Positions 22,012 through 33,101 of a DNA stretch of 57,407 nucleotides are shown here, in pieces. Under the pieces are notes generated by a model. It made no database searches. It had not been told where the DNA came from and saw only the letters and a program-made list of their open reading frames with translations. The DNA comes from a bacterium (GTDB lineage Bacteria > Desulfobacterota_D > UBA1144). How positions within the stretch are numbered: position 1 is the stretch's first letter; every line of letters starts with the position of its first letter. The stretch spans positions 1 to 57,407 of the forward strand of contig PAOQ02000006.1 in NCBI GenBank assembly GCA_002708105.2, written 5' to 3'. Made by a program: the position numbers and the translations under genes.

Positions 22012-22614
22012 ATGGCATATGAACTACCACAATTACAATACTCCTATGATGCATTAGAGCCTTATATTGATGCAAAAACCATGGAGATTCATCATTCAAA
22101 ACATCATCAAACGTATATAACAAATCTAAACAAGGCATTAGATTCGTATCCTGAGCTTTTTGAAAAAAGTTTGGAAGACCTTTTGAGCAACTTGGACCAA
22201 ATTCCAGAATCAATTCGTATGGCGGTTAGAAATGGTGGAGGCGGTCATTACAATCATAGCCTGTTCTGGGAAACCATCGGACCAAAAACCGACAGTCGAA
22301 TAAGTGAAAATATGAGTAAATTAATTTCTGATTCATTTGGCAATTTTGACAGCTTTAAAGATGAATTTACAGACAAAGCAACAAAGCAATTCGGAAGTGG
22401 CTGGGGTTGGCTGGCTCAAGATAAAAGCGGTAAGCTTGTAACCCTCTCTACGCCTAATCAAGATACCCCTCTTTCTTCTGGACTAAATCCAATTCTTGGT
22501 ATAGATGTTTGGGAACATGCTTACTATTTAAATTACCAAAACAAAAGGCCTGAATACATTAAGGCTTTCTGGGAAATAATCAATTGGGAAGCTGTTGAAA
22601 GCAAGCTAAAATAA
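22012..22614 (+). CDS. sodA: Superoxide dismutase, Fe/Mn family (Mn-type signature)
   Basis: [32 protein letters not shown] (Mn-type versus Fe-type AQVWNHTFYW) and [19 protein letters not shown]. Confidence 0.9.
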   Translation: MAYELPQLQYSYDALEPYIDAKTMEIHHSKHHQTYITNLNKALDSYPELFEKSLEDLLSNLDQIPESIRMAVRNGGGGHYNHSLFWETIGPKTDSRISENMSKLISDSFGNFDSFKDEFTDKATKQFGSGWGWLAQDKSGKLVTLSTPNQDTPLSSGLNPILGIDVWEHAYYLNYQNKRPEYIKAFWEIINWEAVESKLK

Positions 22615-24290
22615 TGAAAAATAAGAAATTTTCATCCTTTGTTACAAATGGCCTAGATAAGGCACCTAATAGAGCTATGCTTAGGGCGGTAGGTTTTTCA
22701 AACCCCGACTTTAATAAGCCAATAGTAGGGATTGCTTCAACATGGGCAATGGTAACTCCATGCAATATGCATATTAATCTTTTAGCAGATCACGCTGCAA
22801 AAGGGGCCAATACTAATGGTGGAAAATCAATTATTTTTAATACTATTACCGTATCTGATGGAATATCTATGGGGACTCCTGGAATGAAATACTCTTTAAT
22901 TTCAAGAGAGGTAATAGCAGACTCTATTGAAACTGTTTCCGCAGCCGAAGGTTTTGATGGGATTATTACAATCGGCGGCTGTGATAAAAATATGCCTGGA
23001 TGCCTTATAGGAATGGCAAGACTAAATAGACCTTCAATATTTATTTACGGGGGCTCTATAATGCCTGGAAAACATAAGAATAAACCTATTGATGTTGTTT
23101 CAGTGTTTGAAGCTGTAGGATCATATTCAAATAAACAAATTTCAAAAAAAGAATTAGAAGATATAGAAAAGTCTGCAATCCCAGGTCCTGGATCATGTGG
23201 CGGAATGTACACAGCAAACACAATGGCCTCCGCAATTGAAGCACTCGGAATGAGCATGCCTGGAAGCTCCACACAAATAGCAATCTCACCTAACAAGAAA
23301 AAAGATTGTTTAGATTCTGGAAAAGCATTAATAAATTTAATTAAAAAGAATATAAAGCCTCGAGACATTATGACTAAAAAAGCATTTGAAAATGCTATTA
23401 CCGTAACAATAGCTTTGGGTGGATCGACAAACGCGGTTCTACATTTAATCGCAATGGCAAGCGCTGCGAATGTCAAAATTACAATTGATGACTTTACAAG
23501 AATAGGAAAGAAAGTGCCAGTACTTGCTGATTTGAAACCAAGTGGAACTCATGTGATGGCAAAATTTTGTCAAATAGGAGGACTTCCACCTTTGCTAAAA
23601 AGATTATTGGACAATAACCTTCTTCATGGCGACTGTTTAACGGTTACAGGAAAAACTATGAAAGAAAATCTTAAAAACGTAAAAGATAATCTTGGAAATA
23701 AAATTATTCGTGATGTATCAAATCCTATCAAAAAAGATAGCCACTTAGTAATACTTAAAGGCAATATTTCACCAGATGGTGCAGTGGCAAAAATCTCTGG
23801 AAAAGAAGGTCTTGTTTTTGAAGGTCGTGCAATAGTTTTTAACTCTGAGGAAGAATGCATGGAAGCTATATTGAAAAGAAAAATTAAAAAAGGGCATGTG
23901 ATTGTTATCAGATACGAAGGACCAAGAGGCGGGCCTGGAATGCGTGAAATGTTAGCTCCTACGTCCGCTATAATGGGTCAAGGTCTGGGTTCCGATGTTG
24001 CTTTTATAACTGATGGAAGATTCTCTGGTGGTACACATGGTTTCGTTGTGGGTCATATAACACCTGAAGCTTTTGATGGCGGAATAATCTCAATTATAAA
24101 AAATAATGATTCAATAAAAATCGATTCCTCAAAAAGAGTATTAGAAGTTAAGATCACAAAGAAGGAGATTTTAACAAGGCAGAAAAAATGGAAAAAACCT
24201 TCACAAAAACATTTAACCGGAGCAATTTACAAATATTCAGCCTTAGTAAGCTCTGCTTCAACAGGTGCAATAACAGATGGGAAAAATTGA
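22614..24290 (+). CDS. ilvD: Dihydroxy-acid dehydratase
   Basis: [33 protein letters not shown] and TDGRFSGGT motifs. 558 aa. The ATG overlaps the sod stop by 1 nt. Confidence 0.96.
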   Translation: MKNKKFSSFVTNGLDKAPNRAMLRAVGFSNPDFNKPIVGIASTWAMVTPCNMHINLLADHAAKGANTNGGKSIIFNTITVSDGISMGTPGMKYSLISREVIADSIETVSAAEGFDGIITIGGCDKNMPGCLIGMARLNRPSIFIYGGSIMPGKHKNKPIDVVSVFEAVGSYSNKQISKKELEDIEKSAIPGPGSCGGMYTANTMASAIEALGMSMPGSSTQIAISPNKKKDCLDSGKALINLIKKNIKPRDIMTKKAFENAITVTIALGGSTNAVLHLIAMASAANVKITIDDFTRIGKKVPVLADLKPSGTHVMAKFCQIGGLPPLLKRLLDNNLLHGDCLTVTGKTMKENLKNVKDNLGNKIIRDVSNPIKKDSHLVILKGNISPDGAVAKISGKEGLVFEGRAIVFNSEEECMEAILKRKIKKGHVIVIRYEGPRGGPGMREMLAPTSAIMGQGLGSDVAFITDGRFSGGTHGFVVGHITPEAFDGGIISIIKNNDSIKIDSSKRVLEVKITKKEILTRQKKWKKPSQKHLTGAIYKYSALVSSASTGAITDGKN

Positions 24291-25506
24291 AGAAGTGAAG
24301 GATCTAAAAAATAAAAATATCTTACTTGGGGTGACTGGTGGGATTTCTGCTTACAAAGCATGTGAAATGGTGAGAATGCTTATGAAAGAAGGAGCAAATG
24401 TTACCGTAGTTATGACGAAAAATGCGGAGAAATTTGTTTCCAAGATGACCTTTCAATATTTGTCAGGCAATAAAGTTCTATCAAATATGTATGATGATGA
24501 AGAATCTGAAATATCTCATATTAATCTTGCTGATAAATCTGACTTAATTCTTGTCTGTCCAGCTACCGCAAATTTCATCTCAAAATATGCAAATGGAATC
24601 GCGGATAATCTTTTACTAAATATATTGCTGGCAACAAAAGTCAGTGTAACAATTTGCCCTGCAATGAATGTAAACATGTATGAGAACCCAATTATTCAAG
24701 AAAATATCAAAAAACTTTCAAGTAATGGGGTTAATTTTGTAGAGCCGGATTCTGGAGAACTAGCATGCGGCTGGGAAGGAAAAGGAAGATTGGCAGACCT
24801 TGAAAAAATTCTTAATTCTTTAAAAAAAAAAGAGCAAAATAACAAAGATCTGTTAAATGAAAATATTCTCATTACTTGTGGTGCAACAAGAGAATATCTT
24901 GACCCTGTTAGATTTATCTCAAACCCATCATCTGGTAAAATGGGTATCGCCCTTGCAAAAGTTCTTGAGGCTAGAGGTGCAAAAACAAAAATCATTCATG
25001 GGTATATCGAGGAGAATATATCTGATCATAAAAACGTTATTAAGTGCGAGTCGGTAGAAGAAATGGAAAAAGAAGTTTTTAAAGAGTTAGATAAATTTAC
25101 TGTGATAATAAAAGCAGCAGCTGTTGGTGATTACAAGTTTAAAAAACCGGAAAAAAATAAAATAAAAAAAAATAATGACTCTGTATCCTTTGATATGGAA
25201 AAAACAAACGATATTCTAGCTAGGATTGGGAAAGAAAAAAAATCTAATCAAATTCTTGTAGGCTTCTGCGCAGAAACTAAAAATACAATTCCGAATGCTA
25301 AGAAAAAGATAGAAAAGAAAAATTTAGATATGATTGTAGCAAATGATATATCTGTACCAAATTCTGGATTTGGTAAAGATTCTAATTTTACATACATAGT
25401 TCTTAAAAATAAAAAAATTGAACAGTTAGGGTTAATATCAAAACAAAATCTTGCAATAAAGATTAGTGATTATATCAAGGAAGTTAGAATGGAATTACCA
25501 CGATAG
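24277..25506 (+). CDS. coaBC: Bifunctional phosphopantothenoylcysteine decarboxylase / phosphopantothenate-cysteine ligase
   Basis: N-terminal flavoprotein domain ([23 protein letters not shown]) plus a C-terminal DFP domain ([25 protein letters not shown]). Confidence 0.93.
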   Translation: MGKIEEVKDLKNKNILLGVTGGISAYKACEMVRMLMKEGANVTVVMTKNAEKFVSKMTFQYLSGNKVLSNMYDDEESEISHINLADKSDLILVCPATANFISKYANGIADNLLLNILLATKVSVTICPAMNVNMYENPIIQENIKKLSSNGVNFVEPDSGELACGWEGKGRLADLEKILNSLKKKEQNNKDLLNENILITCGATREYLDPVRFISNPSSGKMGIALAKVLEARGAKTKIIHGYIEENISDHKNVIKCESVEEMEKEVFKELDKFTVIIKAAAVGDYKFKKPEKNKIKKNNDSVSFDMEKTNDILARIGKEKKSNQILVGFCAETKNTIPNAKKKIEKKNLDMIVANDISVPNSGFGKDSNFTYIVLKNKKIEQLGLISKQNLAIKISDYIKEVRMELPR

Positions 25507-25528
25507 ATAATTCCATTCAAAAATAAAT

Positions 25529-25807
25529 CTATAAAATAGAATCTTTACATGCTTTCGCAATTCTAAATTTAACTACTTTCTTAGCTGGAATTTGTATTAC
25601 CTCTCCTGTTTGAGGATTTCGCCCTTGCCTTGCTTTTCTATCAACCAATACAAGTTTCCCTAATCCAGGTACTGTAAATGTTCCACTTGCTTTAGCCTCA
25701 GAACATGCAAGATCTGCAAAAGATTCCATAAAACGAGTAGCATCAGCTTTTGAAATACCTAATTTTTCAGCTAACGCACTAGAAATTTGTGATTTTGTTA
25801 ATGCCAT
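25529..25807 (-). CDS. hup: HU/IHF-family nucleoid-associated DNA-binding protein
   Basis: 92 aa with the arm motif RKARQGRNPQTGEVIQIPAKKVVKF. AGGAGG RBS at 25822..25817. Confidence 0.93.
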   Translation of the reverse strand: MALTKSQISSALAEKLGISKADATRFMESFADLACSEAKASGTFTVPGLGKLVLVDRKARQGRNPQTGEVIQIPAKKVVKFRIAKACKDSIL

Positions 25808-25834
25808 AATGATAAGCCTCCTAAGTACCTATTA

Positions 25835-25854
25835 TTAATTAATATATTAATTAA
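25835..25854. repeat. Perfect 20-bp palindrome TTAATTAATATATTAATTAA flanked by direct AAGTACCT octamers
   Basis: Self-complementarity checked by hand. AAGTACCT occurs at 25823..25830 and 25854..25861. It lies between the hup RBS and the candidate hup promoter. Confidence 0.85.
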
Positions 25855-25870
25855 AGTACCTTTTTTCCTT

Positions 25871-25899
25871 ATAATAGTTTTTTAATAGTAAAAATGCAA
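25871..25899 (-). promoter_or_regulatory. Candidate sigma70-type promoter for hup
   Basis: Reverse strand: TTGCAT (25899..25894), 17-nt spacer, TATTAT (25876..25871). This places the 20-bp palindrome in the 5' UTR. Confidence 0.4.
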
Positions 25900-25936
25900 A
25901 TTTTATCTTCTAAAATCATGTATATTAATCTCCATA

Positions 25937-27025
25937 ATGTTAAAAAAGAGAAGAAGTCTTCTTTTATTCTTTTTAGTGTTTTCTTCAGTTTTACTTTCTA
26001 TTTATTATGTAAAATTTGGTAAAAATGATGAAACTAAAGAACGAACTCTAGCCCCTAAAGTTCAAGTTATTGAAAGAAAAGTGGAAAATTTCGAAAAAAA
26101 ACTATATTTTTTGGCAAAATTACACAGTAACAAGAGCATTAACATCATATCTGAGACAGATGGAACTATTGAAAATAAAGAATTTCAAATAGGTGATTTT
26201 GTCCAAAAAGGTCAGGTCATAATTCAAATGACGGATACTAGAAAAATTCTAGAGCTTAAAGAAATTGAAGATCTGCTCAAAGCTTCAAAAGCAAGACTTG
26301 ATGAAGCATCGTCAAATTATAAAAATAGTATCAAACTTCATGAGAAAAAGATTATTTCGGATAAAGAAAAAGAAACTCAAATGAATTCCTACAGATCTAT
26401 GAAGTTTGAGTATGAAGCCCAAAAAATGCGGTATAAAAAAGTCTTATGGGAATTTGATAATCTTACGGTTAGGGCCCCTTTTGATGGATATATTAATAAA
26501 TACTTTTTTGATATTGGACAAAAAATCACAAGAGGTGCTACTCTTTTTGAATTTTTGGATAATAGCTTCTTAACCGGAAAAGCAAATCTTAGTTCGGATA
26601 GAGCCGAGGAGATAAGAAATTCAAATCAAAAATTACTTATAAAATATAAAGGCTTATTTCTAGATGCTAAACTTCTAGGGATTGGAAGACAAATTAGCAA
26701 TGATGCTCCTTCATATAAATTAGAGTTTCAAATAAATAATAAAAAAAATACATTTATTCCTGGGGAAGTTGTGGAAGTTGAAGTAGTTGTTGATCAATAT
26801 AAAGATTATATTTCTTTTCCTTCTAGCGCGATTATAATGGAAGAGGACAAATATTACATTTTTATAGTCAAAGACGAAACAGCTAAAAAAGTAAGAATAT
26901 CCCCTATTCAATTAGATAATCAATCATTTATTGTGCCTCAAGTTGAAATACCTAACTTACATAAAATTGTTGTTAATGGTCAAGCAAGACTGGAAGATAA
27001 CGATAAGATAAGGGAAAGCAATTAG
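25937..27025 (+). CDS. RND efflux periplasmic adaptor (membrane fusion protein, HlyD family)
   Basis: N-terminal TM anchor, a lipoyl-like and coiled-coil hairpin region (...VQKGQVIIQM..., LTVRAPFDGYI), immediately upstream of the RND permease. Confidence 0.85.
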   Translation: MLKKRRSLLLFFLVFSSVLLSIYYVKFGKNDETKERTLAPKVQVIERKVENFEKKLYFLAKLHSNKSINIISETDGTIENKEFQIGDFVQKGQVIIQMTDTRKILELKEIEDLLKASKARLDEASSNYKNSIKLHEKKIISDKEKETQMNSYRSMKFEYEAQKMRYKKVLWEFDNLTVRAPFDGYINKYFFDIGQKITRGATLFEFLDNSFLTGKANLSSDRAEEIRNSNQKLLIKYKGLFLDAKLLGIGRQISNDAPSYKLEFQINNKKNTFIPGEVVEVEVVVDQYKDYISFPSSAIIMEEDKYYIFIVKDETAKKVRISPIQLDNQSFIVPQVEIPNLHKIVVNGQARLEDNDKIRESN

Positions 27026-27028
27026 TAA

Positions 27029-30000
27029 ATGCGACTAATAGAATTTTCAGTCAACAATCCTGTTTTCTCAAATCTCTTAATGGCTACAATTATTATCTTT
27101 GGCTTATATGTTGGAATGAATTTACCCAAAGAACTATTTCCATCTATTGGATTTGAAAGGGTAACAGTTGTCACAATTTACGAAAATTCGACTGCTGAGG
27201 ATGTAGAAAAACTAATTACAATACCAATTGAAGATCAAATATCAGGAATTTCTGGAATAAAAAAAATTACATCTACTTCATCAGAATCTCGGTCTTTTAT
27301 TGTTGCAGAACTTTTACCAAATGAAGATATTAAAGAAATAGCTCAAGAAATTAGGTCCGAGATTTCTCAAATCAGAAATGATTTGCCTTTAGATGTTGAA
27401 GATCCAATAACTAAAGAAGTAGAGGCTAGTGCACCATTAATCAATGTATCAATTGGCAGTAATGGGGATGAAAATGAACTAAGGTTTTACGCTACAAAAT
27501 TAAAAGACAATCTAGAGAAACTTGATGAAATCGACAGTCTCATAGAGTCTGGATATGGTGACTTAGTTTTCTGGATCAATATAGACCAAAGCAAGCTTCT
27601 TCAATATAAGCTTAGTTTAAATGAAATAATAACTACTATTAAATCAAAAAATATCGACCTTCCTGCGGGAGCTATAAAGACAGGCGAACAGGAATATACT
27701 ATTAGGACAAAAGGTAGAATTGAAAGTATTTACGAGCCTGAAAATATTCCATTAAATAAAAGATTTAATAAGATACCACTTATACTTGGTGATATAGCTA
27801 AGATTGAACTGGGTCAAGAAAAAGATCTTTCTCTTTCACGAATCAATGGATTTAAATCAGTTTCTTTTTGGATAGAAAAGCAAAAAAATAAGGATGCGAT
27901 CAAGTCGGTAGAAAAAATCAAAGAAACAGTTTCTTCTTTTGAACAAAACCTTCCTAATGATATAAAAATATTTATTTCTAATGATTCATCTTATTGGGTT
28001 GAAGGAAGATTCCAATCAATGGTTAAAACAGGAATTTATGGAATCTTAGCAGTATTATTAATTTTAGCATTATTTCTAGATTTTAGATCTGCTTTTCTTG
28101 CTGCTCTTGGTCTTCCTGTAGCATTTTTTGGTGCATTTATAGTAATGCAGTATACAGGAGCAAGTCTTAACGTAATAACCATGTTTGGACTAATAATGGT
28201 TCTTGGAATTGTGGTGGATGATGCAATTATAGTTGTTGAAAATGTTAAGAGATATATACAAAAAGGACTTGAGCCAAAGCAAGCAGCAATTATTGGAACT
28301 AAGGAAATCGCATGGCCTGTTATCGCTACAATTTTAACTAATATTGCATCTCTTTTCCCAATTTTATTAGCAGAAGGAACTCTGGGTATCTTCCTTTCAA
28401 TAATCCCTCAAGTTGCAATTTTCGCTTTAGTTTTTTCTTTAGTAGAGGCTCTTGCAATTTTACCATCTCATTGTGCCGATTTTGTTAAAATTAGCAAAGA
28501 GAGTGGTTTCATTCAAAGGTTATTTAATAAATTTCGCAGAAAGTATTTGAGAACTTTAATCTCATCGCTTAGATATAGATATTTTGTAATAAGTATGTCC
28601 TCTCTATTGCTAGTATTAAGCTTAACTATACTTTTTAAAATACCTTTTGTATTACTATATGTATCAGACATAAATCAGTATCTTATCAAAGTCCAAAATC
28701 CAACAAATTATAGTTTAGATTTAACTAGTAAAAAGACTGAAGAAATTGAAAAGATTATTCTAGAAAATACACCAAAGAATCTTCTTAAAAACTCTTTAAC
28801 AACTTTAGGAATTGATTTTTCAAAAAAACCACCAGTATTTGGAGATCACGTTTCAAATATTCTAGTTCAATTTAAAGATTTTGAAGAAAGAAAAGAAAAT
28901 GGATTAGAGGCGATGAAAAAAGTTCAGAGTATAGTAGAGGAGGAAATCATAGGGCCAGAAAGCATCAGCTTTGTTCAAACTGCAGGTCCGCCCAAAGGGA
29001 AAGATCTTGATGTCAGAATCATAGGTGATGACGTTTCTGTTTTGACAGAAATAAGTAAGAAAATCAAAAAATTCTTAAATACCAAAAAGGGTGTTTATGG
29101 AGTGACCGATGATCTTTCATATGGTAAAACAAAATTAAATATAAATGTCGATGAACAAAAAGCATCTCTTTACGGTTTGAGTACTCTTGATTTAGGTAGA
29201 GAGATACGTGCAATAGTTGATGGGCTAACAATCGATGAGACAAGAGTTAATGATGAAAAAGCATACATAAAAATTAAAGTTACTAATTCATTTAATAAGG
29301 AAGGTCCATTAAACCTTTCTGGTCATCTAATAAGAACAGCTGATGGATCTTATATGCCAATATCAAGCTTTACAACTACATCAGTTGACTCCTCTTTAGT
29401 AAATATTTCAAGGTACAATAGAGAAAGAGCGGCAAGTATTACAGCAGAAATAGATTCCGACATTACAACACCTCGAGAAATAATTGGGAGTGTAGTTAAT
29501 TACTTTAATAATATAAAGAAAGATTTTCCTGGATATAAACTAGCTTTAGATGGTGAAGAGCAAGATACTAGAGAATCTTTAGAGAGCGTCAAGAGGGCGT
29601 CAATCATATCTATATTAATAATTTATTTAATTCTAGCAACAATTCTTAGATCTTACTTTCAACCTTTATTAATAATGTCAATCTTACCTTTTACTATCGT
29701 AGGGATTACTGTTGGTGTTCTTTTAAGAGGTGATCCAATTTCAATTACAGGAATAATTGGGATTGTTGCACTGCTAGGTGTAGTTATTAACGACAGTCTT
29801 ATACTTATGAATTTCATCAATAAAGGTATAAGAAATAATAATTTTATATATTCAATTTTCTATTCAGCTAAAAACCGATTCCGAGCTATAATTCTAACAA
29901 CCCTCACAACTTTTGCTGGATTATTTACATTAATGTTTGAAACCAGAGGAGAGGCGGCATTTTTAGCCCCTATGGCAATATCACTTGGTCTTGGTTTAGT

Positions 30001-30091
30001 TTTTGCAACCTTTATTACCTTGTTCCTAATTCCTTGCCTGTATCTGACCTTTGTTGATTTAAAAAAATATTTATCTAGAGCTTTTGTTTAA
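27029..30091 (+). CDS. RND-superfamily efflux permease (AcrB/CzcA-like)
   Basis: 1020 aa. Twofold architecture with two large periplasmic loops and 12 TM helices. Conserved TM4 region GLIMVLGIVVDDAIIVVEN. Confidence 0.93.
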   Translation: MRLIEFSVNNPVFSNLLMATIIIFGLYVGMNLPKELFPSIGFERVTVVTIYENSTAEDVEKLITIPIEDQISGISGIKKITSTSSESRSFIVAELLPNEDIKEIAQEIRSEISQIRNDLPLDVEDPITKEVEASAPLINVSIGSNGDENELRFYATKLKDNLEKLDEIDSLIESGYGDLVFWINIDQSKLLQYKLSLNEIITTIKSKNIDLPAGAIKTGEQEYTIRTKGRIESIYEPENIPLNKRFNKIPLILGDIAKIELGQEKDLSLSRINGFKSVSFWIEKQKNKDAIKSVEKIKETVSSFEQNLPNDIKIFISNDSSYWVEGRFQSMVKTGIYGILAVLLILALFLDFRSAFLAALGLPVAFFGAFIVMQYTGASLNVITMFGLIMVLGIVVDDAIIVVENVKRYIQKGLEPKQAAIIGTKEIAWPVIATILTNIASLFPILLAEGTLGIFLSIIPQVAIFALVFSLVEALAILPSHCADFVKISKESGFIQRLFNKFRRKYLRTLISSLRYRYFVISMSSLLLVLSLTILFKIPFVLLYVSDINQYLIKVQNPTNYSLDLTSKKTEEIEKIILENTPKNLLKNSLTTLGIDFSKKPPVFGDHVSNILVQFKDFEERKENGLEAMKKVQSIVEEEIIGPESISFVQTAGPPKGKDLDVRIIGDDVSVLTEISKKIKKFLNTKKGVYGVTDDLSYGKTKLNINVDEQKASLYGLSTLDLGREIRAIVDGLTIDETRVNDEKAYIKIKVTNSFNKEGPLNLSGHLIRTADGSYMPISSFTTTSVDSSLVNISRYNRERAASITAEIDSDITTPREIIGSVVNYFNNIKKDFPGYKLALDGEEQDTRESLESVKRASIISILIIYLILATILRSYFQPLLIMSILPFTIVGITVGVLLRGDPISITGIIGIVALLGVVINDSLILMNFINKGIRNNNFIYSIFYSAKNRFRAIILTTLTTFAGLFTLMFETRGEAAFLAPMAISLGLGLVFATFITLFLIPCLYLTFVDLKKYLSRAFV

Positions 30092-30618
30092 ATTAGCTCT
30101 GAAATTTTAAATATAGGACTATATTGTATCTTTAATTCAGAAAACTTTTCTATTGCCCCCATTTCTCTATCAACAATAGATAATATAAGATCAACTTTAG
30201 CTCCCTCTTTTTCTACTTCCTTAATGGCAGCGAGTATTGATCCACCCGTGGAAACAACATCCTCCACTATTACAACTTTTGAATTTTTTATAGATGGACC
30301 TTCAACGACTTTTTTTGTTCCATGTTTTTTTTCTCCTGATCTAACCAGAAAACCCTTTAAGGGACTACCTTTAGAATATGATTCAGCCAACAATGCACCA
30401 ACTATAGGGTCAGCTCCGATAGTAGGGCCACCCACATACTTTAAATTCTTTTGAATTATTTTATCATAAAAAATTTCTGTGATAATTCCTAGAGATTCGG
30501 CTGAAAGTGTACTAATTCGCGCATCTATATAATATGAACTTTTCTCACCAGAAGAAAGAGTAAAGTCACCTTTTAAAATTGAATGGTTCTTTAAATAATC
30601 TAATAAAAAGTTTTTCAT
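30088..30618 (-). CDS. pyrE: Orotate phosphoribosyltransferase
   Basis: FTLSSGEKSSYYID and the PRPP-binding loop VVIVEDVVSTGGS. 176 aa. Confidence 0.92.
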   Translation of the reverse strand: MKNFLLDYLKNHSILKGDFTLSSGEKSSYYIDARISTLSAESLGIITEIFYDKIIQKNLKYVGGPTIGADPIVGALLAESYSKGSPLKGFLVRSGEKKHGTKKVVEGPSIKNSKVVIVEDVVSTGGSILAAIKEVEKEGAKVDLILSIVDREMGAIEKFSELKIQYSPIFKISELI

Positions 30619-30656
30619 TTCTAACAGTTCTTATTATTTTGAGTTAAAATAACAAT

Positions 30657-31970
30657 ATGTCAAAATTTCCTCCCGGTCTAAATGAAGCAATTAATTACTC
30701 TTATTTAAATGCTCTTTATGAAAGAAGGTCACGTCGGTTTCCATTGGGAGGAGAAATTGATGAAGGACCTCTCAAATATAAATCTAAACACGCACCAATT
30801 CCCTTAAGCGAAATTGAAGAAGCAATTCTAGCTTGGAATGGACTAGGGATTAAGAACATAAATCTTTCGGATTTCCCCCCTCATAAAGGTCTAGATTTGG
30901 AAGTTAAATTTATGAGTAAAACAATCCCTTCACTTGGGGACATACATAGGACAGAGCTTTTCTATACTAATGATGACGGTCTATATTTGTTAAAGCTTAA
31001 TGATAAAGATGCTCCAGATTTAAAAGGAATTGAAGGCTTAAAAAAAGAAGACAAAATACAGAAAATTTTAGAACTTTTTAGAGAGTCAAGAATTAAAATT
31101 CATGATGGTAGAGCAAAAATTCCTAATGTTCCTCCAGGTCTTGCAATACATAACACCTGGAGTGTCAACAAGCCAGGCACCACGCTGTTTATGCCAGTGA
31201 CTGACTTATCAGCTGGTCTTATAAATATTTTGTTTTTTTATATGCGTGATGGACATAGATTTAATTTCATTGATGAATTAAATAAAATGAAACCCGCGGG
31301 GACACAAAAATGGATTGATAATGGATATATAAACAAATCCAATCAAGTTCCATTGATAGAAGCCGAACTTAGATTTGCAAACGGATATATCGCCGAACAG
31401 CCATTATTCTGTCAAAACGTCGTACTTACGCAACAAATTCTAGGGTTGGGTGGTTGGATGTTTAGCGGATTTCAAAGTAGGCATATATTAGGTGCAAATG
31501 ATGACTTCGAGGGATTAGGATTTACATGCGTTGATGCAAAGGATCAAGGATCAGATTGGGGGGAGGCTATTTCAAAAGCTCCAGTTGGTTTAGATGGTCA
31601 CTTTGAATCTTTCTGTCCCCCATACTACAAGAATATGTCAGAAGCTGTGGATGCTTTTAATGAAATGAAGTGGGGAAATTGGAACTCAAAATACATGCCA
31701 TATAAAGACCCTACAGGTGTACTGGATGCAACTCCAAAGCCAAGTAAAGAAGAAATTCAAATTGTTAAAGACATTTGTAATTATATTTTTGATACTTATG
31801 GTAAATTTCCAGGCTTCTCTGATCCTATGTACTGTAGGATGATGGTTCAAAATCATCATATTGATTTAGACTTTTACGATAAATTTTATCCTGAGGGTGC
31901 TTATACTAATGCCCATAAAAATCATTTCAAGCTCTGGCATCCAGAAATAGATGATCCCTTCGAAAAATAG
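30657..31970 (+). CDS. Hypothetical protein, weak nitroreductase-superfamily-like signature
   Basis: 437 aa. N-terminal LYERRSRRFP...IPLSEIEEAILAWNGLG and a later QNVVLTQQILGLGGWMFSG resemble the two conserved blocks of nitroreductase/SagB-type folds. I recognise no specific family. Confidence 0.5.
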   Translation: MSKFPPGLNEAINYSYLNALYERRSRRFPLGGEIDEGPLKYKSKHAPIPLSEIEEAILAWNGLGIKNINLSDFPPHKGLDLEVKFMSKTIPSLGDIHRTELFYTNDDGLYLLKLNDKDAPDLKGIEGLKKEDKIQKILELFRESRIKIHDGRAKIPNVPPGLAIHNTWSVNKPGTTLFMPVTDLSAGLINILFFYMRDGHRFNFIDELNKMKPAGTQKWIDNGYINKSNQVPLIEAELRFANGYIAEQPLFCQNVVLTQQILGLGGWMFSGFQSRHILGANDDFEGLGFTCVDAKDQGSDWGEAISKAPVGLDGHFESFCPPYYKNMSEAVDAFNEMKWGNWNSKYMPYKDPTGVLDATPKPSKEEIQIVKDICNYIFDTYGKFPGFSDPMYCRMMVQNHHIDLDFYDKFYPEGAYTNAHKNHFKLWHPEIDDPFEK

Positions 31971-32084
31971 CCTATAGAAAAAGTGGTAATGTAGACAACG
32001 CAAATATAATTAGAAGATTTAACAAACACCCAAACGGTAAAATTGACCACATTTTTAAATCCAAATAAATTAAATTTAGCTAAA

Positions 32085-33083
32085 CTAGTCCCAATCTAAT
32101 GAACCAGCAGTTTGATACTCGGTAACCCTTGTTTCAAAGAAATTCTTTTCTTTTGATAAATCTACAGACTGAGACATCCAAGGGAAAGGATTTTCTGTAC
32201 CATAAATTTTTGGTAAACCTATTCTCTCTAATCTTCTATCCGCAATATGTTCAACATATTCACAAAACTGTTCTGGGTTTATGCCAAGAAGACCATTTGG
32301 ACATGCATCAAAAGCATATTTTTTTTCGTGATCAACCGCTTCAACTATTAGATTAGTAATTTTCTTTTGAAGGTCTTCGGTCCAAACACCTTTATTCTCT
32401 TCTTTAATTGTATTAATAAGATCACAACCAAAAGCTAGGTGAATACTTTCGTCTCTCATTATGTATTCAAATTGCTCTCCAATACCAATCATTTTATTCT
32501 GCCTTTTAAGAGCAAGCATCATCGCAAACCCCGCATAGAAGAATATTCCTTCCATAATAACGTAGTATCCGACTACATCATGAAGAAAAATTCTTATATC
32601 TTCGTCTGTTTTTAGTTCAAAGTTTGGGTCCATTATCGACTTTGTAAGACCAACTACATAGTCATCCTTTTCTTTTATTGAAGGAATAGTTTCATACATA
32701 TTATAGATATACTCTGGGTCTAATCCTAAGGTGTCACAACAATAAATGAATGTATCTGTATGGACTGCTTCCTCGTATGCCTGTCGTAAAAGATATTGTC
32801 TTGCCTCTGGGTTTGTAACATGCTTATAAACGGTTAGAACGATATTATTAGCCGTTAAAGATTCAGCTGTAGAGAAAAACCCTAAATTCCAAAGAATCAT
32901 TCTTTTTTCAATATCTGAAAGCGCATCAGGAGACTTCCATTGTTCAACGTCCTTTTGCATAGATATCTCTTCTGGTGTCCAGTTATTAGCAACCCCATCC
33001 TTATAGTGCTCTCGTGCCCACATATATGTCATAGGCAGGATTTTATTTGGATCTGTTTTTGAATCATTACTTAGAATACTCAT
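32085..33083 (-). CDS. nrdB: Class Ia ribonucleotide reductase beta subunit
   Basis: Di-iron ligand motifs (YEEAVHTDTF and MRDESIHLAF). 332 aa, directly downstream of nrdA. Confidence 0.95.
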   Translation of the reverse strand: MSILSNDSKTDPNKILPMTYMWAREHYKDGVANNWTPEEISMQKDVEQWKSPDALSDIEKRMILWNLGFFSTAESLTANNIVLTVYKHVTNPEARQYLLRQAYEEAVHTDTFIYCCDTLGLDPEYIYNMYETIPSIKEKDDYVVGLTKSIMDPNFELKTDEDIRIFLHDVVGYYVIMEGIFFYAGFAMMLALKRQNKMIGIGEQFEYIMRDESIHLAFGCDLINTIKEENKGVWTEDLQKKITNLIVEAVDHEKKYAFDACPNGLLGINPEQFCEYVEHIADRRLERIGLPKIYGTENPFPWMSQSVDLSKEKNFFETRVTEYQTAGSLDWD

Positions 33084-33101
33084 TCCTTCTCTCCTCGTTA
33101 T

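Noticed and set aside
31971-32084. GTGGTaat ... attgACCAC complementarity in the convergent spacer between the hypothetical gene and nrdB, considered as a bidirectional terminator or sRNA.
   Set aside because: The arms are separated by a loop of more than 50 nt, the pairing is imperfect and there is no flanking T/A tract. It is not distinguishable from chance.
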